A DNA stretch of 36,271 bases from a virus (Duplodnaviria; Heunggongvirae; Uroviricota; Caudoviricetes): IMG/VR virus record IMGVR_UViG_2695420676_000012. One strand, 5' to 3'. A program made the position numbers and the translations under genes. Below are positions 34,411-36,271 of the stretch, in pieces. The notes under the pieces were generated by a model. It was given only the letters and a program-made list of their open reading frames with translations. It made no database searches and was not told the DNA's origin. Position 1 is the stretch's first letter. Every line of letters begins with the position of its first letter.

Positions 34411-34437
34411 TAAAAAAAGGGACTCCGAAGAGTCCCT
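34411..34437. terminator. hairpin with A-run/T-run flanks (bidirectional terminator candidate)
   Basis: 'gggactc-cgaag-agtccc' preceded by 'aaaaaaa' (T-run on the minus strand). Confidence 0.4.
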
Positions 34438-34502
34438 AGTAAGTTTAGGTTAGGTTTGCACAACAAAGATGAGGTTATAATGAACATAATGCTACATTAT
34501 TC

Positions 34503-34541
34503 TTTAAAGCCAGAAAAATAACCGCCCCGAAGGGCGGGAGG
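34503..34541 (-). terminator. Rho-independent terminator for minus-strand transcripts from the terS-like block
   Basis: Minus transcript 'cccgccc-UUCG-gggcgg' followed by 'uuauuuuucu'. Confidence 0.5.
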
Positions 34542-34695
34542 ATTAACACTCAATCTATACTTGTTATGTTTTTATGTTGTATAGATCACTGACTATGAAA
34601 ACACTGTACTGGAGTGTGTTTTATGGCTTTTAATCGGGAATCCTCAAAGAAGATCCCCTGTTAATAACCATAAGGAGAAAAGGCAGATTACACTA

Positions 34696-34869
34696 TTATT
34701 TAGTATCCTTTTTACAGCAACTAAAAAGAATAAACAAAAAGAAGCATACCCAGCCGTAAGGCGTACCGATTAGAAATTTGAAAAACACCACCAGCGATAT
34801 AAAAATCAATTTAATGCCAGCGACGATAGTCAAAAACAGCAGAGTAGCAAAGTAGACAAAAAGATCCAT
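34696..34869 (-). CDS. small hydrophobic membrane protein (57 aa), not in the ORF track
   Basis: Manual translation 'MDLFVYFATLLFLTIVAGIKLIFISLVVFFKFLIGTPYGWVCFFLFILFSCCKKDTK'; SD 'AGAGGA' 7 nt before ATG. Confidence 0.4.
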   Translation of the reverse strand: MDLFVYFATLLFLTIVAGIKLIFISLVVFFKFLIGTPYGWVCFFLFILFSCCKKDTK

Positions 34870-34922
34870 AGATAATCCTCTTTGAAAACGACCATCATCT
34901 ATAGTTCAATTCATCGATTTAA

Positions 34923-35024
34923 TTAATGATACTTGAAAGCGTTACACACAGCAGAAATGCCAATATGTGCCAGTGAAAATACGATAGTTAGCCCTACAGC
35001 CAGATAAATTAAAAATTCAACCAT
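34923..35024 (-). CDS. small hydrophobic peptide (33 aa), not in the ORF track
   Basis: Manual translation 'MVEFLIYLAVGLTIVFSLAHIGISAVCNAFKYH'; SD 'GAGGA' before ATG. Confidence 0.3.
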   Translation of the reverse strand: MVEFLIYLAVGLTIVFSLAHIGISAVCNAFKYH

Positions 35025-35121
35025 AGGTAAATCCTCAAATAAGAAAAAGGTTAGCGGGGGGTGATTCCCCCGTAGACGTTGACCATCAACATCTTTCACA
35101 TATGTATTTAGTATCTAATTT

Positions 35122-35673
35122 TTAAGACACATCAAATTCATCGTCTTCTTCTGGTTCTTGTTCCGGTTCATCGATTAATGGTAATTCTTCTTCCTCGTCA
35201 TCGCCTAAATCCGCATTTTCGAACAAGTCCCCTACTTCATTTAAACGACGCTCGATGATCTCCCTTAGCTTATTCTTCAATGTTTTCTGATCAGTGGCAG
35301 ATTCGAGAATTTCTAAAGCGTCGATTGTGGCGATCTGCAAAATAGTCTGTTTCACCTTTCCGCAATATTCCGCTAGCTCCTGCTCAACATACCCGACCGG
35401 AATCAGGAGATTCATTGCTTCCTGGTTCTCTCGTTCGATAGCGTCAGCCTCGCCTCGCGCCTTGCGTAGTTTCTCTTGTTGGATTTGGGCTTGTACATCC
35501 ACTTCCCGCAAAGGATTGATTATGTTGGTGAGTATCCACTTAATGGCTAGATCGCGAGGACAACGGCGGGTATTAGAATTGAATGGCAAACCGCGTTCTT
35601 TCCATTTAGTGACAGCCGGAAGTGAATAACCATACATTTTCGATAATTCTGTTAGTGTAATTTCTGCGGACAC
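35122..35673 (-). CDS. Nu1-like small terminase subunit candidate (winged-HTH N-terminus, acidic C-terminus), 183 aa
   Basis: N-terminal 'LTELSKMYGYSLPAVTKWKERGLPF...LAIKWIL' resembles my recollection of lambda Nu1 'KKQLADIFGASIRTIQNWQEQGMPV...VIKWY'; size matches Nu1 (~181 aa); GTG start with SD 'GGAGGA'. Confidence 0.45.
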   Translation of the reverse strand: MSAEITLTELSKMYGYSLPAVTKWKERGLPFNSNTRRCPRDLAIKWILTNIINPLREVDVQAQIQQEKLRKARGEADAIERENQEAMNLLIPVGYVEQELAEYCGKVKQTILQIATIDALEILESATDQKTLKNKLREIIERRLNEVGDLFENADLGDDEEEELPLIDEPEQEPEEDDEFDVS

Positions 35674-35698
35674 TTTTTAATCCTCCATATTAGAAAAT

Positions 35699-35729
35699 TT
35701 GCGTAATGGTATTTAGATGAATTACGCAA
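35699..35729. promoter_or_regulatory. perfect 9-bp inverted repeat with 13-bp spacer (operator or packaging-site candidate)
   Basis: 'TTGCGTAAT-ggtatttagatga-ATTACGCAA' 26-56 nt upstream of the terS-like start. Confidence 0.35.
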
Positions 35730-35905
35730 TAAAACGCGCTGTAATGAGATGAGAGAGATCGGCGTGTGATAAGGCGTTGAAGGGTGTTTTAGCTCGTTGT
35801 GGAGTGTGCTGGAGGGCTTAACTAAACCGTTTTGAAAAATGCTCACGCACATCAAAAACCGGGGTGCCGAAAACTCGCTTTATTTCACTCGTGGAACAGT
35901 ACCTT

Positions 35906-35934
35906 TTGATTTTGTCAAGTCTTTTTTATAAATA
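35906..35934 (+). promoter_or_regulatory. sigma70-like promoter candidate with TATAAATA -10 region
   Basis: 'TTGATT' (35906-35911), 15-16 nt spacer, 'TATAAATA' (35927-35934); ATG at 35966. Confidence 0.4.
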
Positions 35935-35965
35935 ATCGAAAATATTTTTCACACGAGGGCAAATC

Positions 35966-36271
35966 ATGAAGACTAAAGATATTAAGATTGACTTTGAAAC
36001 TGTTGATGACGTTCGGGAACATCGCATTGATTCTACTGGCTGCATCTTCCAGCTTACTAACTCCCCTATTGGATTGATTATCTATGTAGCAGAAGATGAC
36101 GTGTACGCTATATGGGATGGACAGGATGAGTTTAAAGGCGGGAATAGCCATCTGATCAATACTCATGAGGGATTTGATCCGACTCCTGTCTGTATGCTTG
36201 CTTATCACGTAACACTGGATGAACTACCGGAAGCAAGCGCGCGTATCCGTAGAATGAAAGACATTAAGTGA
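35966..36271 (+). CDS. hypothetical protein, 101 aa
   Basis: ORF with SD 'GAGGG'; stop TGA at the window end. Confidence 0.55.
   Translation: MKTKDIKIDFETVDDVREHRIDSTGCIFQLTNSPIGLIIYVAEDDVYAIWDGQDEFKGGNSHLINTHEGFDPTPVCMLAYHVTLDELPEASARIRRMKDIK

Noticed and set aside
943-35934. Treating every TATAAATA occurrence as a T4-type late promoter
   Set aside because: In a ~60% AT genome the 8-mer is expected a few times by chance and also works as a sigma70 -10 element (35927 has a suitably spaced TTGATT -35); only the instances coupled to conserved hairpins are reported as notable.
1-36271. Assignment of the window to a T5-like phage
   Set aside because: The fibre chaperone domain is T5-like, but the capsid is a protease fusion, the tail tip is lambda-like, and gene sizes and order do not match what I recall of T5; I left genus unassigned.

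Overview
This 36.3-kb AT-rich window (~40% GC by eye) is a tailed-phage genome segment (siphovirus-type, lambda/T1-like morphogenesis genes), either a free phage or a prophage. All calls rest on reading the ORF translations and the DNA by eye; no database search was run, so family assignments are motif-based recollections. Layout: (1) 1-3410, plus strand: small secreted/membrane proteins and a large serine recombinase. (2) 3416-28246, minus strand, one long late-type gene train: GIY-YIG-like endonuclease, M15 peptidase (endolysin candidate), small membrane proteins, lambda-like tail tip (J/K/L/M-like), tape measure, a G/T-type chaperone pair with a probable -1 frameshift, gpV-like major tail protein, three tandem small glycine-rich paralogs, a 1136-aa tail fibre with a C-terminal intramolecular-chaperone domain, connector proteins, a prohead-protease/acidic-linker/capsid fusion, portal and a lambda gpA-type large terminase. 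(3) 28247-35121: a mosaic accessory block with genes on both strands, a Rha-like regulator, paralogous small HTH proteins and a ~1.4-kb ORF-free region. (4) 35122-35673: a Nu1-like small-terminase candidate, about 6.9 kb from the large terminase. The most unusual content is non-coding: three ~65-nt tandem units each with two hairpins showing compensatory base changes (29238-29453), a nine-copy GGGGCAA direct-repeat array (32018-32216), and CTAG-rich repeats with a GC-rich island (31589-31870). Also notable are a palindromic consensus sigma70 promoter followed by terminator-like hairpins, TATAAATA boxes placed just 5' of hairpins that occlude ribosome-binding sites, and an in-frame 43-codon extension after the capsid gene's UGA stop.
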